A stretch of DNA of 64,000 nt from an uncultured Methylophaga sp. (GCA_964389455.1 CAYMEE010000001.1:83891-147890), one strand, 5' to 3'; positions 21,409-32,759 are shown, counted from the stretch's first letter. Notes: generated by a model not told the origin, from the letters alone. Numbers and translations are program-made.

Positions 21409-23319
21409 TTGAATGACATGATGAAAAATATTGTTTTGTGGGTGGTCATCGCCATCGTGTTGATGTCCGTGTTCAACAATTTCGGCCCGCAAAGCAGTTC
21501 GTCCAATGAAATGGATTACTCGACCTTTATCAGCAACGTCAAAAATGGCGGTGTGTCTAACGTCGAAATTCAGGGTCGGGAAATCCAGGGTAAGCTCACC
21601 GATGGCAGTAAGTTCATCACTTACAGCCCGGATTACGATCCGGGTCTGATTGGTGACCTGCTGGATAACGGTGTCAGCATTCAGGCTGAGCCCGTAGAGA
21701 AAACCAGTCTGCTGATGCAGATATTTATCTCCTGGTTCCCGATGCTGCTGCTGATTGCGGTATGGATTTTCTTCATGCGTCAGATGCAGGGCGGTGGCGG
21801 CAAAAACCCGATGTCCTTCGGTAAAAGTAAAGCCCGCATGCTCAGCGATGACCAGGTGAAGGTGACATTCAAAGATGTGGCCGGTGTCGAGGAAGCCAAA
21901 GAAGAAGTAGCTGAACTGGTCGACTTTCTGCGTGATCCGAGTAAATTCCAGAAACTGGGTGGTCGTATTCCACGCGGTATTTTGATGGTGGGGTCACCCG
22001 GTACCGGTAAAACCCTGTTGGCTAAAGCGATTGCCGGCGAAGCGAAAGTCCCGTTCTTTACGATTTCCGGTTCTGACTTCGTTGAGATGTTTGTCGGTGT
22101 CGGTGCGTCGCGTGTCCGTGACATGTTCGAACAGGCTAAAAAGCATGCACCTTGCATCATCTTTATTGATGAGATTGATGCGGTAGGCCGTCATCGTGGT
22201 GCCGGTCTCGGCGGCGGTAATGACGAACGCGAACAGACATTGAACCAGTTACTGGTGGAAATGGATGGGTTCGAAGGTAACGAAGGCGTGATTGTGATTG
22301 CCGCGACTAACCGTCCTGACGTACTGGATCCCGCCTTGCTGCGTCCGGGTCGTTTTGACCGCCAGGTAGTGGTACCACTGCCTGATATCCGTGGCCGTGA
22401 GCAAATCATTAATGTTCACCTGCGCAAAGTACCTGCGGCTGAAGATGTGGAAGCCCGCGTGATTGCACGGGGTACCCCCGGTTTTTCCGGTGCCGATCTG
22501 GCGAACCTGGTTAACGAGGCGGCCCTGTTTGCCGCACGTGCCAATAAGCGCCTTGTGGGTATGGAAGAACTGGAACTGGCCAAAGATAAAATCATGATGG
22601 GCGCAGAACGCCGTTCCATGGTCATGAGCGACAAGGAAAAAGAACTGACCGCCTACCATGAAGCCGGTCATGCCATTGTCGGTCGTCTGGTGCCGGGACA
22701 CGATCCTGTGTACAAGGTCAGTATCATTCCACGTGGCCGTGCCCTGGGTGTGACCATGTTCCTGCCGACCGAGGATAAATACAGCTTCACCAAGCAGCAG
22801 CTGGAAAGTCAGATCTCCAGTCTCTATGGCGGTCGTTTGGCGGAAGAAATGATCTTTGGTGCCGAAGCGGTTACGACCGGTGCCTCTAATGATATTCAAC
22901 GGGCGACAGAGCTGGCGCATAACATGGTCACCAAGTGGGGCCTGTCCGACAATATGGGGCCGATGTCTTACGGTGAAGATGAAGGTGAGGTGTTCCTGGG
23001 CCGCAGCGTGACGCAGCATAAAGCGATGTCGGATCTGACCGCGAAACAGATTGATGAAGATGTGCGTGCGGTCATCAACCGTAACTACCAGCGTGCCCAA
23101 ACCCTGCTGGATGAAAACATGGACAAGCTGCATAAGATGGCGCAGCTGTTGATGAAATATGAAACTATCGACAGTGATCAGATCGACGCGATTATGGAAG
23201 GTCGTGAACCGGGTGAACCGAAAGACTGGAATGACCGCTCCAACACGCCACCCTCTGCCACTGCGGAGTCTGGTGATGAGCAGGCACCTTCCGGCAAGCC
23301 GGCTGATCAACTGCACTAG
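21409..23319 (+). CDS. ftsH: ATP-dependent zinc metalloprotease FtsH
   Basis: 636 aa with Walker A (GSPGTGKT), the SRH region, and the HEAGH zinc motif. The TTG at 21409 is the longest start. The ATG at 21418 or 21421 is an alternative. Confidence 0.96.
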   Translation: MNDMMKNIVLWVVIAIVLMSVFNNFGPQSSSSNEMDYSTFISNVKNGGVSNVEIQGREIQGKLTDGSKFITYSPDYDPGLIGDLLDNGVSIQAEPVEKTSLLMQIFISWFPMLLLIAVWIFFMRQMQGGGGKNPMSFGKSKARMLSDDQVKVTFKDVAGVEEAKEEVAELVDFLRDPSKFQKLGGRIPRGILMVGSPGTGKTLLAKAIAGEAKVPFFTISGSDFVEMFVGVGASRVRDMFEQAKKHAPCIIFIDEIDAVGRHRGAGLGGGNDEREQTLNQLLVEMDGFEGNEGVIVIAATNRPDVLDPALLRPGRFDRQVVVPLPDIRGREQIINVHLRKVPAAEDVEARVIARGTPGFSGADLANLVNEAALFAARANKRLVGMEELELAKDKIMMGAERRSMVMSDKEKELTAYHEAGHAIVGRLVPGHDPVYKVSIIPRGRALGVTMFLPTEDKYSFTKQQLESQISSLYGGRLAEEMIFGAEAVTTGASNDIQRATELAHNMVTKWGLSDNMGPMSYGEDEGEVFLGRSVTQHKAMSDLTAKQIDEDVRAVINRNYQRAQTLLDENMDKLHKMAQLLMKYETIDSDQIDAIMEGREPGEPKDWNDRSNTPPSATAESGDEQAPSGKPADQLH

Positions 23320-23333
23320 AAGGATTAGCATTT

Positions 23334-24173
23334 ATGCTGTTTGACTGCGCGGGCAAGTCTTTGGACTTGTCCGCTCCCCGTATTATGGGCATCGTCAACG
23401 TGACCCCCGATTCCTTCTCGGACGGGGGTAAATTTTTTTCACGCGATGCTGCACTCCGCCAAGCTGTAAAACTGGTTGAAGATGGCGCAGATATTCTCGA
23501 TATCGGCGGTGAATCCACAAGACCCGGATCCAGTCCGGTAGAGCTGCAGGAAGAAATTGATCGCGTGGCGCCGGTCATTGAAGCCATCAGCTCAGAACTC
23601 GATGTGCCCATTTCTATCGATACCATGAAGGCTGAGGTGATGCGCGCTGCGGTTGCTGTGGGTGCCGGGCTGATTAATGATGTTAATGCACTGCGTGCTG
23701 ATGGTGCGCTGCAGGCTGCAGCAGAACTCAAAGTTCCGGTTTGCCTGATGCATATGCAGGGCATGCCACAGACCATGCAGAAAGAGCCCGACTATCAGGA
23801 TGTTGTCAGTGAAGTCGAAACTTTCCTGCTGGATCGGATTGCTGCCTGTGAACAGGCCGGTATTCCGGCGGAACGCATTATGCTGGATCCCGGGTTTGGC
23901 TTTGGCAAACGTGCACGGCATAATTTACGGTTGATGAAACACTTGTCGAGACTGACGGCTTTGCCATATCCGGTGTTGGTCGGTGTCTCTCGCAAATCGA
24001 TTATCGGCGATATGCTGAAAGTGGATGTTAACGAACGCCTCGCCGGTAGTCTGGCACTGGCTTCCATTGCCGTCTGGCAGGGCGCTAAACTAATAAGAAC
24101 ACATGATGTGCGTGAAACCGCACAGGCAGTGAAACTGACACAACATGTGCAGCAGGTAGAAGATTTTGACTAA
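23334..24173 (+). CDS. folP: dihydropteroate synthase
   Basis: 279 aa. Motifs are [25 protein letters not shown] and GVSRKS. Confidence 0.95.
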   Translation: MLFDCAGKSLDLSAPRIMGIVNVTPDSFSDGGKFFSRDAALRQAVKLVEDGADILDIGGESTRPGSSPVELQEEIDRVAPVIEAISSELDVPISIDTMKAEVMRAAVAVGAGLINDVNALRADGALQAAAELKVPVCLMHMQGMPQTMQKEPDYQDVVSEVETFLLDRIAACEQAGIPAERIMLDPGFGFGKRARHNLRLMKHLSRLTALPYPVLVGVSRKSIIGDMLKVDVNERLAGSLALASIAVWQGAKLIRTHDVRETAQAVKLTQHVQQVEDFD

Positions 24174-25512
24174 ACAAAGACGTTATTTCGGCACCGACGG
24201 TATACGCGGTCGGGTCGGTGATGGGGTAGTGACGCCCGATTTTGTGCTCAAGCTCGGTTGGGCCGTGGGCAGGGTGCTGGCGAATGGCAAAAACAGCCGT
24301 GTCATTATCGGTAAAGACACCCGAATCTCCGGTTATATGTTTGAATCCGCCCTGCAAGCCGGTTTGTCTGCAGCCGGGGTGGATATCTATTTGTTGGGCC
24401 CGATGCCGACGCCTGCAGTTGCCTACCTGACACGGACCTTCCATGCGCAGGCAGGCATTGTGATCAGCGCTTCACATAATCCTTATCACGATAACGGTAT
24501 TAAGTTTTTCTCGGCGCAAGGCACCAAGCTGCCAGACGATATCGAACTCGAAATTGAAGCGATGCTGGAACAACCGCTGCAGACTGTTGAATCAATCCGC
24601 CTGGGTAAAGCCCACCGTATCGGCGATGCAGCAGGACGTTATATTGAATTCTGTAAAAGCACAATTCCCAGCGGCATCGATCTGAGTAAATTGAAAATCG
24701 TGGTTGATTGCGCAAATGGCGCCACTTACCACGTGGCACCGGATGTATTCCGAGAACTCGGCGCCGAGGTGGTGGTAATGGGGGCTGAACCTGATGGCCT
24801 CAATATCAATCAGAACTGTGGCTCTACCGAGCCACGATTACTGCAGCAAGCTGTACTCAAGAATAAAGCAGATCTGGGCATTGCCCTCGATGGTGATGGG
24901 GATCGCATCATCATGGTCGATCACCGTGGTGAAATCGTCGATGGTGATGAATTGCTGTTTATCATTGCCCGTGCCCGCCAGCGCAGTGGTGATAAGCAGA
25001 CCCACATCGTCGGTACGCAAATGACCAATCTGGGGCTGGAACATGCGCTGGCCGAATTCGATATGTCGCTGCATCGTGCTAAAGTCGGTGACCGCTATGT
25101 GATGGAAATGCTGCAAGAGGTGGGCGGCCAGATCGGCGGCGAAGCCTCAGGGCACATTATCTGCCTCGACAAAACGACAACGGGTGATGGCATTGTCGCC
25201 GCCCTGCAGGTGCTGGCTGAAATTCAGCAGACAGGTAACAGTCTTCATTCACTACGCTCAGTGGTGACCAAGTACCCGCAGCAGCTGATCAATGTGCGGG
25301 TGGATAAGATGGTCGACATTGATGCCAATCCTGAGATTACCGAAGCAGTCGCAGAAGTTGAGAAGCAACTGGGTAGTGAGGGTCGGGTCCTGCTGAGACC
25401 GTCTGGTACTGAGCCCGTGATTCGTGTCATGGTGGAAGGGCGTGACGCCCCACTGACCAAGCAACTGGCGCAGCAACTGGCCGATGTGATCGAAACGGTG
25501 CTCAATGCCTGA
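24166..25512 (+). CDS. glmM: phosphoglucosamine mutase
   Basis: 448 aa with a TTG start overlapping folP by 8 nt. It has [12 protein letters not shown], the active-site SASHNP motif, and DGDGDR. Confidence 0.95.
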   Translation: MTKQRRYFGTDGIRGRVGDGVVTPDFVLKLGWAVGRVLANGKNSRVIIGKDTRISGYMFESALQAGLSAAGVDIYLLGPMPTPAVAYLTRTFHAQAGIVISASHNPYHDNGIKFFSAQGTKLPDDIELEIEAMLEQPLQTVESIRLGKAHRIGDAAGRYIEFCKSTIPSGIDLSKLKIVVDCANGATYHVAPDVFRELGAEVVVMGAEPDGLNINQNCGSTEPRLLQQAVLKNKADLGIALDGDGDRIIMVDHRGEIVDGDELLFIIARARQRSGDKQTHIVGTQMTNLGLEHALAEFDMSLHRAKVGDRYVMEMLQEVGGQIGGEASGHIICLDKTTTGDGIVAALQVLAEIQQTGNSLHSLRSVVTKYPQQLINVRVDKMVDIDANPEITEAVAEVEKQLGSEGRVLLRPSGTEPVIRVMVEGRDAPLTKQLAQQLADVIETVLNA

Positions 25513-25643
25513 GCCTTCAGGTTTTTGCTGCCAGTGAATTGTTATACAATGAACGGATTCATTGAACAGCCCGAACTGCTGAGTTTTAGCCGCAGTTCAC
25601 GGGCAAGGTTAATTTCTGTTTTTACTTTCGAGAGACCGTATTC

Positions 25644-26429
25644 GTGCGTAAGCCGCTAATTGCTGGTAATTGGAAAATGAACGGCTCTAGCGAGAGTAAC
25701 AAGGCCTTACTCACAGGCATTCTTGCCCAGGCTGAGAGTTTTTCCTCGGTCGATGTGGCTTTGTTTCCACCGGCGGTATATCTGCAGCAGGTACAGCAGA
25801 CGCTGAGTGGCACCGGGCTCTACTGGGGCACGCAGAACCTGTCACAGTTCAAGCAGGGCGCCTATACCGGTGAAATCTCGGCCGCGATGCTGGCTGATTT
25901 CGGCTGTCATTATGTATTGATAGGCCATTCCGAACGCCGCTGCCTCTATGCTGAACTGGATCTGGACCAGCGGGTACTGGATCGCATTGTGGCCGAGAAA
26001 TATGAAATGGCCGTTCGCGAAGGCATCACCCCGATTATCTGTATCGGTGAAAGTCCGGATGAGCATGCTGTCGGCCGCACCGAAGAAGTCGTGGCGCGTC
26101 TGCTTGATACCGTTATTGCCTATTCCGGCGTAAAAGGACTTGCGCATACGGTACTGGCTTACGAGCCAGTATGGGCGATTGGTACCGGACGTTCAGCAAC
26201 CCCTGAGTGGGCTCAGGATGTCCATCATTTCATGCGTCAGCGCGTGGCCAAGCACGATGCAAAAATCGCGCAGAACTTGAGAATACTTTACGGCGGCAGC
26301 ATAAACAGTGATAATGCTGCGCCATTGTTTTTACAACCTGATGTGGATGGTGGACTGGTCGGCGGTGGATCGCTGCATGCCGATGAGTTTGTCAAAATCT
26401 GTCAGGCCGCAGTTCTAAAATTAGGTTAA
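25644..26429 (+). CDS. tpiA: triosephosphate isomerase
   Basis: 261 aa with a GTG start. Motifs are AGNWKMNG, IGHSERR, AYEPVWAIGTG and YGGS. Confidence 0.95.
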   Translation: MRKPLIAGNWKMNGSSESNKALLTGILAQAESFSSVDVALFPPAVYLQQVQQTLSGTGLYWGTQNLSQFKQGAYTGEISAAMLADFGCHYVLIGHSERRCLYAELDLDQRVLDRIVAEKYEMAVREGITPIICIGESPDEHAVGRTEEVVARLLDTVIAYSGVKGLAHTVLAYEPVWAIGTGRSATPEWAQDVHHFMRQRVAKHDAKIAQNLRILYGGSINSDNAAPLFLQPDVDGGLVGGGSLHADEFVKICQAAVLKLG

Positions 26430-26433
26430 TAAA

Positions 26434-26766
26434 ATGCACGCTTTAATTTTGACGATACATATTATTGTCTGTCTGATGCTGGTCGGTCTGGTACTGATTC
26501 AGCACGGTAAAGGCGCTGATGCCGGTGCGGCATTCGGTGGCGGTGCAGGTGGCGGTGGTGCTTCCGGCAGCCTGTTCGGCAGCCGTGGTTCAGCCTCTTT
26601 TCTGAGTCGCAGCAGTGCGATTCTGGCGGCGATATTCTTTGCCACCAGCCTGACGCTGGCTTATTTCTCCGTCGACAGACCGGAAAAAGCCAAAAGCGTG
26701 ACCGAGTCAGTCCCTGCAGAACAAACACAAGAACAAACTCCTGCAGATTTGCCGGAATTGCCGTAA
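26434..26766 (+). CDS. secG: preprotein translocase subunit SecG
   Basis: 110 aa with two TM helices flanking a Gly-rich loop. tRNA-Leu follows, as in E. coli secG-leuU. Confidence 0.9.
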   Translation: MHALILTIHIIVCLMLVGLVLIQHGKGADAGAAFGGGAGGGGASGSLFGSRGSASFLSRSSAILAAIFFATSLTLAYFSVDRPEKAKSVTESVPAEQTQEQTPADLPELP

Positions 26767-26782
26767 AATACCCGCTTTTAAA

Positions 26783-26868
26783 GCCGACGTGGTGAAATTG
26801 GTAGACACGCCATCTTGAGGGGGTGGTGGGCATAGCCCGTGGCGGTTCGACTCCGCCCGTCGGTACCA
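26783..26868 (+). tRNA. leuU: tRNA-Leu (anticodon GAG)
   Basis: Manual cloverleaf: acceptor stem GCCGACG/CGTCGGT, anticodon stem CCATC/GGTGG with loop TTGAGGG, a long variable arm, T-arm GGCGG-TTCGACT-CCGCC, and an encoded CCA. It is very similar to E. coli leuU. Confidence 0.93.
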
Positions 26869-26872
26869 AACA

Positions 26873-26901
26873 AAAAAGCTCGAATTAATCGGGCTTTTTT
26901 T
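26873..26901 (+). terminator. rho-independent terminator after leuU
   Basis: GCTCGA-attaa-TCGGGC forms a 6-bp stem with one mismatch. T7 follows. Confidence 0.7.
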
Positions 26902-27008
26902 ATGTCTGAAATATGGCAAAGTAGTACAATTAGCGACGCTGTAGAATCCTGTTAAAGCGAAGGCGGTATCAGCCGTTATTATTAGAGCGCAAGGTCAAGG
27001 ATTCAGAC

Positions 27009-28952
27009 ATGGCAAAACTGCCTAAAGAGCACAGAGCACATCATGACAAGCCGCCACAGCCCTGGATGCCGGCACTGAAAATCTCACTGATCTATGCGCT
27101 GTTTGCCGCGCTGTGGATCATTTTCTCCGACCACGCTATCGATCTGATTTCCCTGAGCAAAAGCATGCTGTCTGCACTGCAGACCTGGAAAGGTCTGTTT
27201 TTTGTGTTCATCACTTCCATACTGGTGTTTGTTCTTGGCCAGTACTATTTCCGGCGCCAGGTTCAGCTCATTAATGATCTGCACAGTAATCAGCAACGTC
27301 TCAACCTGATTCTGGATACTGTGCCAGACGGGATTCAGGAAAATGATCTTGAAGGCCGCATAACCTACAGCAATCCAGGACATCATAAAATTCTGGGTTA
27401 CCCCAATGGTGCGCTGGTCGGTTATCACATCTGGGACTTTCAGACTAATCAGACCGATCAGAAACAGATGCGGGACTACTTCTTTTATCTGGTCAAGCAG
27501 CAACCGGCACCTGAGCCTATCATCACCCGGAATCAGACGCGCAACGGCCAGGAACGTATTCTGGAAGTCAGCTGGGATTACCAGCGTGATAATGAAGGTG
27601 AACTGACCGGTTTCATTTCAGTGATTTCCGATATCACGCATTCGCGGGAGCAGGAAGAGGAAATTCTGCATCTGGCTTATTTTGATCCACTTACCGATTT
27701 ACCCAATCGTTTCCGAGCCCTGGAAAACCTGGGCTCGATGATAAAAGCTGCCCGGAAAGCCAATCAGCATGTGGCGGTGTTGATGCTGGACGTGGATCAT
27801 TTCAAGAAAATTAACGATACCTTGGGTCATGATACTGGCGATCGCCTGTTGCAGCAGCTTGTGAGCAGGCTCAGGGAAGTGGTGACTCAGGATCACGTTC
27901 TGGGTCGTCTGGGAGGGGACGAGTTTATTATTCTCCAGCATCAAACTACGCATCGTGATCACTTACCAGCGCTGCTGGAGGCAGTAGAGGCCTTGTTCAG
28001 AAGACCATTTATGATCGATCAGCGTGAGATGTTGCTGACCGCTAGTATCGGCATTGCGATTTATCCTAATGATGGCTCGACGGCGACTGAATTGCTGAGA
28101 AATGCTGATTCCGCGATGTTTCACGCGAAAGAGAGCGGTCGCAACACCTGTAGCTATTTCACCCGAGCCATGAATCTGGATGTGACCCGCCGTTTCACGA
28201 TTGAAGAGCAACTACACTCGGCACTGGAAAGTAACGAATTAACTCTGCTGTATCAACCCCAGGTAGATCTGCAGAGCCAGGGAATCAATGGTGCTGAGGC
28301 CCTGCTGCGCTGGAATAATCCGGTGTTGGGACAAGTGTCGCCGGAGGAGTTTATTCCGGTGGCAGAACAGAGCAGTTTGATTCTGCCTATTGGTCGTTTT
28401 GTGTTGGAACAGGCTCTGAAAGTGCTGGCACAGATTCAATTGAGTCAGCCCCATTTCCGGATGGCGATTAATCTGTCTCCGGTTCAGTTTCGAGATTTTG
28501 GTCTCATTGATAGCCTCGGCCAGCTAATTCGTCAGTATCAGATACGACCATCCAATATCGAGCTGGAAATTACCGAAGGCGTCTTATTAGGTGGCTCATC
28601 GGTGGTCAGAGAAATGCTGGAGGCCCTCCATCAGATGGGCATTACCCTGGCGATGGATGATTTTGGTACCGGCTATTCTTCACTCAGTTATTTACGCAGT
28701 TATCCCTTTGATGTGCTCAAAATTGATCGCAGCTTTGTGCATGATATTTTCAACAAGCCAGCCGACAGAGAGTTGATCAATGCCATTGTCGCTATGTCAG
28801 ACGGACTGGGTTTGAAGGTCGTGGCAGAAGGGGTGGAAAACCGGGAGCAGTGTGAGTTTCTGCAAACGGTGGGTTGTGATTACGGTCAGGGTTATTTTTT
28901 CAGCAAACCCATCACCGGGGCAGACTTACTGAGCAAACTCGATTCTGTTTAA
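27009..28952 (+). CDS. membrane-anchored PAS-GGDEF-EAL c-di-GMP turnover protein
   Basis: 647 aa with two N-terminal TM helices and a PAS segment. The GGDEF motif is intact (LGRLGGDEFIIL) and I see no RxxD I-site. The EAL domain is intact (GAEALLRW, ELEITE, DDFGTGYSS, KIDRSF, AEGVE, QGYFFSKP). Confidence 0.9.
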   Translation: MAKLPKEHRAHHDKPPQPWMPALKISLIYALFAALWIIFSDHAIDLISLSKSMLSALQTWKGLFFVFITSILVFVLGQYYFRRQVQLINDLHSNQQRLNLILDTVPDGIQENDLEGRITYSNPGHHKILGYPNGALVGYHIWDFQTNQTDQKQMRDYFFYLVKQQPAPEPIITRNQTRNGQERILEVSWDYQRDNEGELTGFISVISDITHSREQEEEILHLAYFDPLTDLPNRFRALENLGSMIKAARKANQHVAVLMLDVDHFKKINDTLGHDTGDRLLQQLVSRLREVVTQDHVLGRLGGDEFIILQHQTTHRDHLPALLEAVEALFRRPFMIDQREMLLTASIGIAIYPNDGSTATELLRNADSAMFHAKESGRNTCSYFTRAMNLDVTRRFTIEEQLHSALESNELTLLYQPQVDLQSQGINGAEALLRWNNPVLGQVSPEEFIPVAEQSSLILPIGRFVLEQALKVLAQIQLSQPHFRMAINLSPVQFRDFGLIDSLGQLIRQYQIRPSNIELEITEGVLLGGSSVVREMLEALHQMGITLAMDDFGTGYSSLSYLRSYPFDVLKIDRSFVHDIFNKPADRELINAIVAMSDGLGLKVVAEGVENREQCEFLQTVGCDYGQGYFFSKPITGADLLSKLDSV

Positions 28953-31624
28953 CCAAGCAGGCTGTCGATGGTCTGTTCCAGCTCATCAAAATGAATCGGT
29001 TTGGTGAGATAACGATCAAAGCCCGCTTCAAGGCCTTTTTCAATATCGTCATTCATGGCATTGGCTGATAGTGCAATCACTTTAATGTAACGGGTGATCG
29101 CAGACTGTTTCAACTGCTTAAGCGCTTCAAAGCCATCCTTTCCGGGCAGGTTAATATCCATCAGGATAATATCGGGTTCCAGTTCGAACGCGAGCTCAAG
29201 TCCGGTCTCTGCATCCACAGCCGTGCTCAGCCTGATATCACGACGGCGGCTGAAAAACTGCTTTATTAAATCAAGGTTAGTCGGGTTGTCTTCAATACAA
29301 AGCACATGCGTCTGCGTAGCACGACTGGCGGTTGCTTGCGGGGCATCTAAACCCTGGCTGTCTGGCTGTGAGCCAGGCACTGAGACTGTGCTTGTGTTGA
29401 ACTCAACCCAGAAAGTAGAGCCCACATCGAGGTTGCTGTCGAAACCAAAGCGGCCTTTCATCAGTTTGACCAGTTCATGACTGATAGCAAGACCGATACC
29501 GGTACCGGGGATATTGGAGCGTTCTTTGTCGAGTCGGTTGAAAGGTTCAAACAGCCGAGACTGCATTTCATCATCGATGCCATAACCCGTATCTTCGACA
29601 GCTATACGGATATTCTCACGCTGGTGACTGACTCTCAGCCGAATCTGGCCATGCGGCCGGTTATACTTGGCGGCATTGGACAGCAAGTTCAGCAGAACCT
29701 GCTTGAGTTTGACGTAGTCGGCACGGACAAAAACGGAGTCGATATCCTCCGGATAATCCGTTTCCAGGGTCAGCGATAATGGGGTCAGTTGGACTTCGAC
29801 CAGGGGCAGTAAATGATCAATCAGCGGTTTGAGCGCGACATCCTCGACTGAAATGGTCATATGGCCACTTTCAATCCGGGATAAATCCAATACATCATTA
29901 ATGAGACTCAAAAGGTGGCTGCCTGAGCTTTCAATCATATTGACCGATTCACGCTGGTCAGCCTCAAGCTCTTCGAGCTTCAATAGCTGGGAAAAGCCGA
30001 TAATGGCATTCAGCGGAGTGCGCAGCTCATGGCTCATTTTGGCCAGAAACTCACTTTTGGCCCGGTTGGCCTGTTCCGCCTGACGCATCGCATCGATGAG
30101 TTCCTGCTGATATTGATGTCGCTCTGAGATATCGCGAATAACGCCGATAAAATACTTGCGGTGACCGAACTGCATCGGCGAGACATTGAGTTCAATCGGA
30201 AACAGACTGCCGTCCTTACGTCGTCCCTGTAGGGCCCGTGTGCGGTGGATGACTTTGGGCGCATGCAGTGCAGAATGGGCGAGATAGTGGTCGTGCTGAC
30301 TGCGTTCATCCTCGGGCAGTAATATCGATACCGGCTGACCAAGCAGTTCAGTTTCTGTATAGCCAAAAAGGGTGCAGACAGCGGGATTGACCATGTTAAT
30401 CATGCCTTGATCATCGATAGTGACAAAGCCGTCATCTGTCTGGTTGATGATGGCATCACGCTGTTGCAAGGTGGCCATTCTTTGCATGGTAGAGCGGCGA
30501 TAAAGCAGGGTGCCGAGGGCTGTCATTGCGATAACCACGACAATGCTGAAGATCACACTGTAAAGCAGTGAGCGGTAGAGCTTGTAGACCTCAGCCACTT
30601 CAGTTTCAGTGGCGATGCCCATATTCAGTTCTTCATCCCAACGCCAGGCACCGATGACTTCAACACCACGGTAATCACGGTAGCCCTCAATATCGATACC
30701 CGACGCTTGTCTGGTCAGAGATTGCGCCATTCTGGTTAATGGAAACTCACTATATTGTCGGGCATTAACGGGGATGTCGGCTTTGAGCAGATTATTGTCT
30801 GGGCGACGGACAGTCAGTTTGAGGTCAGCATGAGGATGCGTCGTGCTCAGCAGACCTGCGGTAACAAGCTGTGAACTGAATTTGCTCTCAGTCAGTAACA
30901 ATCCATCGCGATCGATAGCGTAGCTATGCCCGGTGTTACCAACCTGATTCTGATGAAAGGCCGGTATGAATAGCCGATCTGGATTCATCTCAAAGGCAAA
31001 AAAGCCGACTGTTTCTCCAAACCAGTCAATGACTGGGGCCACAAACATCATCGTTGCCAGCCCTTCTCGGATATGGCCATCCATGTCCTGCCATAGCTGC
31101 TGGCTTTCAAAAGGTTGACTGACGGCAACGTCCCCGGAACGAGCTTCCCGCAGCAATGATGACGGCAGGTTAAAGCTTTTGGGGTGGTCCTCGACACCAT
31201 CCCGACCGGATAACAGTAGCTCACCGCCAAGGTTGAACAGTTTGTAGTCACGGTAATGCTCGGATTCGGTAATCGCAGTCAGTGTGGTATCGAGCCGGCG
31301 ATAGAGATCGTCTTCCACAGACTCAGAGCCGCCAGCCTCAATAATCTGCGTTATCTGGCGAAGAGACAGGTTTTCAGACCAGTATCGTGCGTTACGTTTG
31401 TGTGTCTGAATGTCATTCTTGGCACGGCTAATAGAGGCTTCCAGGGTGTCGTTGAGCCGACTTTTGACATCAGTCTGTATTAGAGAAAACAAATAAGCAG
31501 CCGCAATACTGGCGCAACTAATGGCAATCAGAATCAGTACGCCAGCAACAGCGACGGGTTTGGTAAACAGTTTGTTCTTATTCACTGAAAAGGTGGGGGT
31601 CCCGGGTTTAATGGAAAATACCAA
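28949..31624 (-). CDS. hybrid sensor histidine kinase (periplasmic Cache-like, PAS, HisKA, HATPase, REC)
   Basis: 891 aa with a TTG start. Two TM helices bracket a periplasmic domain of about 300 aa. The H-box is MSHELRTPLNAI, the N-box is LSNAAKYN, and the G-boxes are EDTGYGI and GTGIGLA. The C-terminal receiver carries LMDINLPGKDG. Confidence 0.9.
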   Translation of the reverse strand: MVFSIKPGTPTFSVNKNKLFTKPVAVAGVLILIAISCASIAAAYLFSLIQTDVKSRLNDTLEASISRAKNDIQTHKRNARYWSENLSLRQITQIIEAGGSESVEDDLYRRLDTTLTAITESEHYRDYKLFNLGGELLLSGRDGVEDHPKSFNLPSSLLREARSGDVAVSQPFESQQLWQDMDGHIREGLATMMFVAPVIDWFGETVGFFAFEMNPDRLFIPAFHQNQVGNTGHSYAIDRDGLLLTESKFSSQLVTAGLLSTTHPHADLKLTVRRPDNNLLKADIPVNARQYSEFPLTRMAQSLTRQASGIDIEGYRDYRGVEVIGAWRWDEELNMGIATETEVAEVYKLYRSLLYSVIFSIVVVIAMTALGTLLYRRSTMQRMATLQQRDAIINQTDDGFVTIDDQGMINMVNPAVCTLFGYTETELLGQPVSILLPEDERSQHDHYLAHSALHAPKVIHRTRALQGRRKDGSLFPIELNVSPMQFGHRKYFIGVIRDISERHQYQQELIDAMRQAEQANRAKSEFLAKMSHELRTPLNAIIGFSQLLKLEELEADQRESVNMIESSGSHLLSLINDVLDLSRIESGHMTISVEDVALKPLIDHLLPLVEVQLTPLSLTLETDYPEDIDSVFVRADYVKLKQVLLNLLSNAAKYNRPHGQIRLRVSHQRENIRIAVEDTGYGIDDEMQSRLFEPFNRLDKERSNIPGTGIGLAISHELVKLMKGRFGFDSNLDVGSTFWVEFNTSTVSVPGSQPDSQGLDAPQATASRATQTHVLCIEDNPTNLDLIKQFFSRRRDIRLSTAVDAETGLELAFELEPDIILMDINLPGKDGFEALKQLKQSAITRYIKVIALSANAMNDDIEKGLEAGFDRYLTKPIHFDELEQTIDSLLG

Positions 31625-31912
31625 TCAACATGAACACGGACTGAGCTCAATTGTCATTTATCAGGCTGGGGTGATTTGCTGTTAGCTGGCAAAGCCCCGG
31701 TCACGAAAGATGTTAATTGCATCACAATGAGATTTTGGCTGTCCAATCTTATTAAGTAAACAAAAAGCCGATATTTATGCCGCGATTCGGCTTCTCATGA
31801 GCCGCGAGAGTGTGTAGTATCGGATTCGATATTTGCCCATCGCAGGGTGTATTCAGGCGCATGATTGAACCCATCAATCTTGCTCAGACTAATTGACCGT
31901 AAGGAAGGCAGT

Positions 31913-32269
31913 ATGCTGGAGAATTATCTCCCGATATTGTTATTTATCATCATCGGCATTGGCTTCGGCGTAATGCCGTTGCTGGCCGGTTTTATTCTGG
32001 GGCCACGCAACCCTGATGATGAAAAACGCTCTGCCTACGAATGCGGTTTTGAACCGTTTGAAGATACCCACGGCAAATTTGATGTGCGTTATTACCTGGT
32101 CGCCATTTTGTTCATCATTTTCGATCTGGAGATTGCTTTCCTGTTTCCCTGGGCCATTGTGCTCGATGAAATAGGTGTCTTCGGTCTGCTGTCGATGTTT
32201 CTATTTCTTGCCATTCTGGTGGTCGGGTTCATTTACGAGTGGAAGAAGGGGGCACTTGAGTGGGAATAG
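31913..32269 (+). CDS. nuoA: NADH-quinone oxidoreductase subunit A
   Basis: The start is trimmed to the ATG at 31913 after AAGGAAGG, giving 118 aa. The YECGF motif is present. Confidence 0.93.
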   Translation: MLENYLPILLFIIIGIGFGVMPLLAGFILGPRNPDDEKRSAYECGFEPFEDTHGKFDVRYYLVAILFIIFDLEIAFLFPWAIVLDEIGVFGLLSMFLFLAILVVGFIYEWKKGALEWE

Positions 32270-32748
32270 AAGGTGTACTGGAAAAAGGCGTCGTCACCAC
32301 CTCTGCCGATAAACTGATTAACTGGGCCCGTACCGGGTCGTTGTGGCCGATGACTTTTGGCCTGGCCTGCTGTGCAGTCGAAATGATGCATGCGGGTGCC
32401 GCCCGTTATGATTTGGATCGCTTCGGTATCGTTTTCCGCCCCAGTCCACGACAGTCTGATGTGATGATTGTGGCCGGTACCCTCGTGAACAAAATGGCAC
32501 CGGCATTGCGTAAGGTTTATGACCAGATGTCTGAACCACGCTGGGTGATCTCGATGGGCTCCTGTGCCAATGGGGGCGGTTATTACCATTATTCCTATTC
32601 GGTGGTGCGCGGCTGTGACCGTATCGTACCGGTCGATATCTATGTGCCGGGCTGCCCACCCACGGCGGAGTCACTGCTATACGGCATCCTGCAACTGCAG
32701 AAAAAAATTCAAAGAACCAATACCATCGCCAAACCGGCAGCAGGTTGA
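32260..32748 (+). CDS. nuoB: NADH-quinone oxidoreductase subunit B
   Basis: 162 aa with a GTG start. Motifs are [17 protein letters not shown] and [13 protein letters not shown]. Confidence 0.95.
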   Translation: MGIEGVLEKGVVTTSADKLINWARTGSLWPMTFGLACCAVEMMHAGAARYDLDRFGIVFRPSPRQSDVMIVAGTLVNKMAPALRKVYDQMSEPRWVISMGSCANGGGYYHYSYSVVRGCDRIVPVDIYVPGCPPTAESLLYGILQLQKKIQRTNTIAKPAAG

Positions 32749-32759
32749 GCAGGAACCGG

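Noticed and set aside
22249-23331. 360-aa ORF on the minus strand inside ftsH
   Set aside because: It is entirely antisense to a confidently identified, motif-complete gene. The translation is Arg/His/Gly/Thr-rich and matches no recognisable family. This is a typical shadow ORF.
26530-26565. GGTGGCGGTGCAGGTGGCGGTGGTGC repeat-like tract
   Set aside because: It lies within secG and encodes its normal Gly-rich inter-helix loop. It is not an independent tandem repeat.
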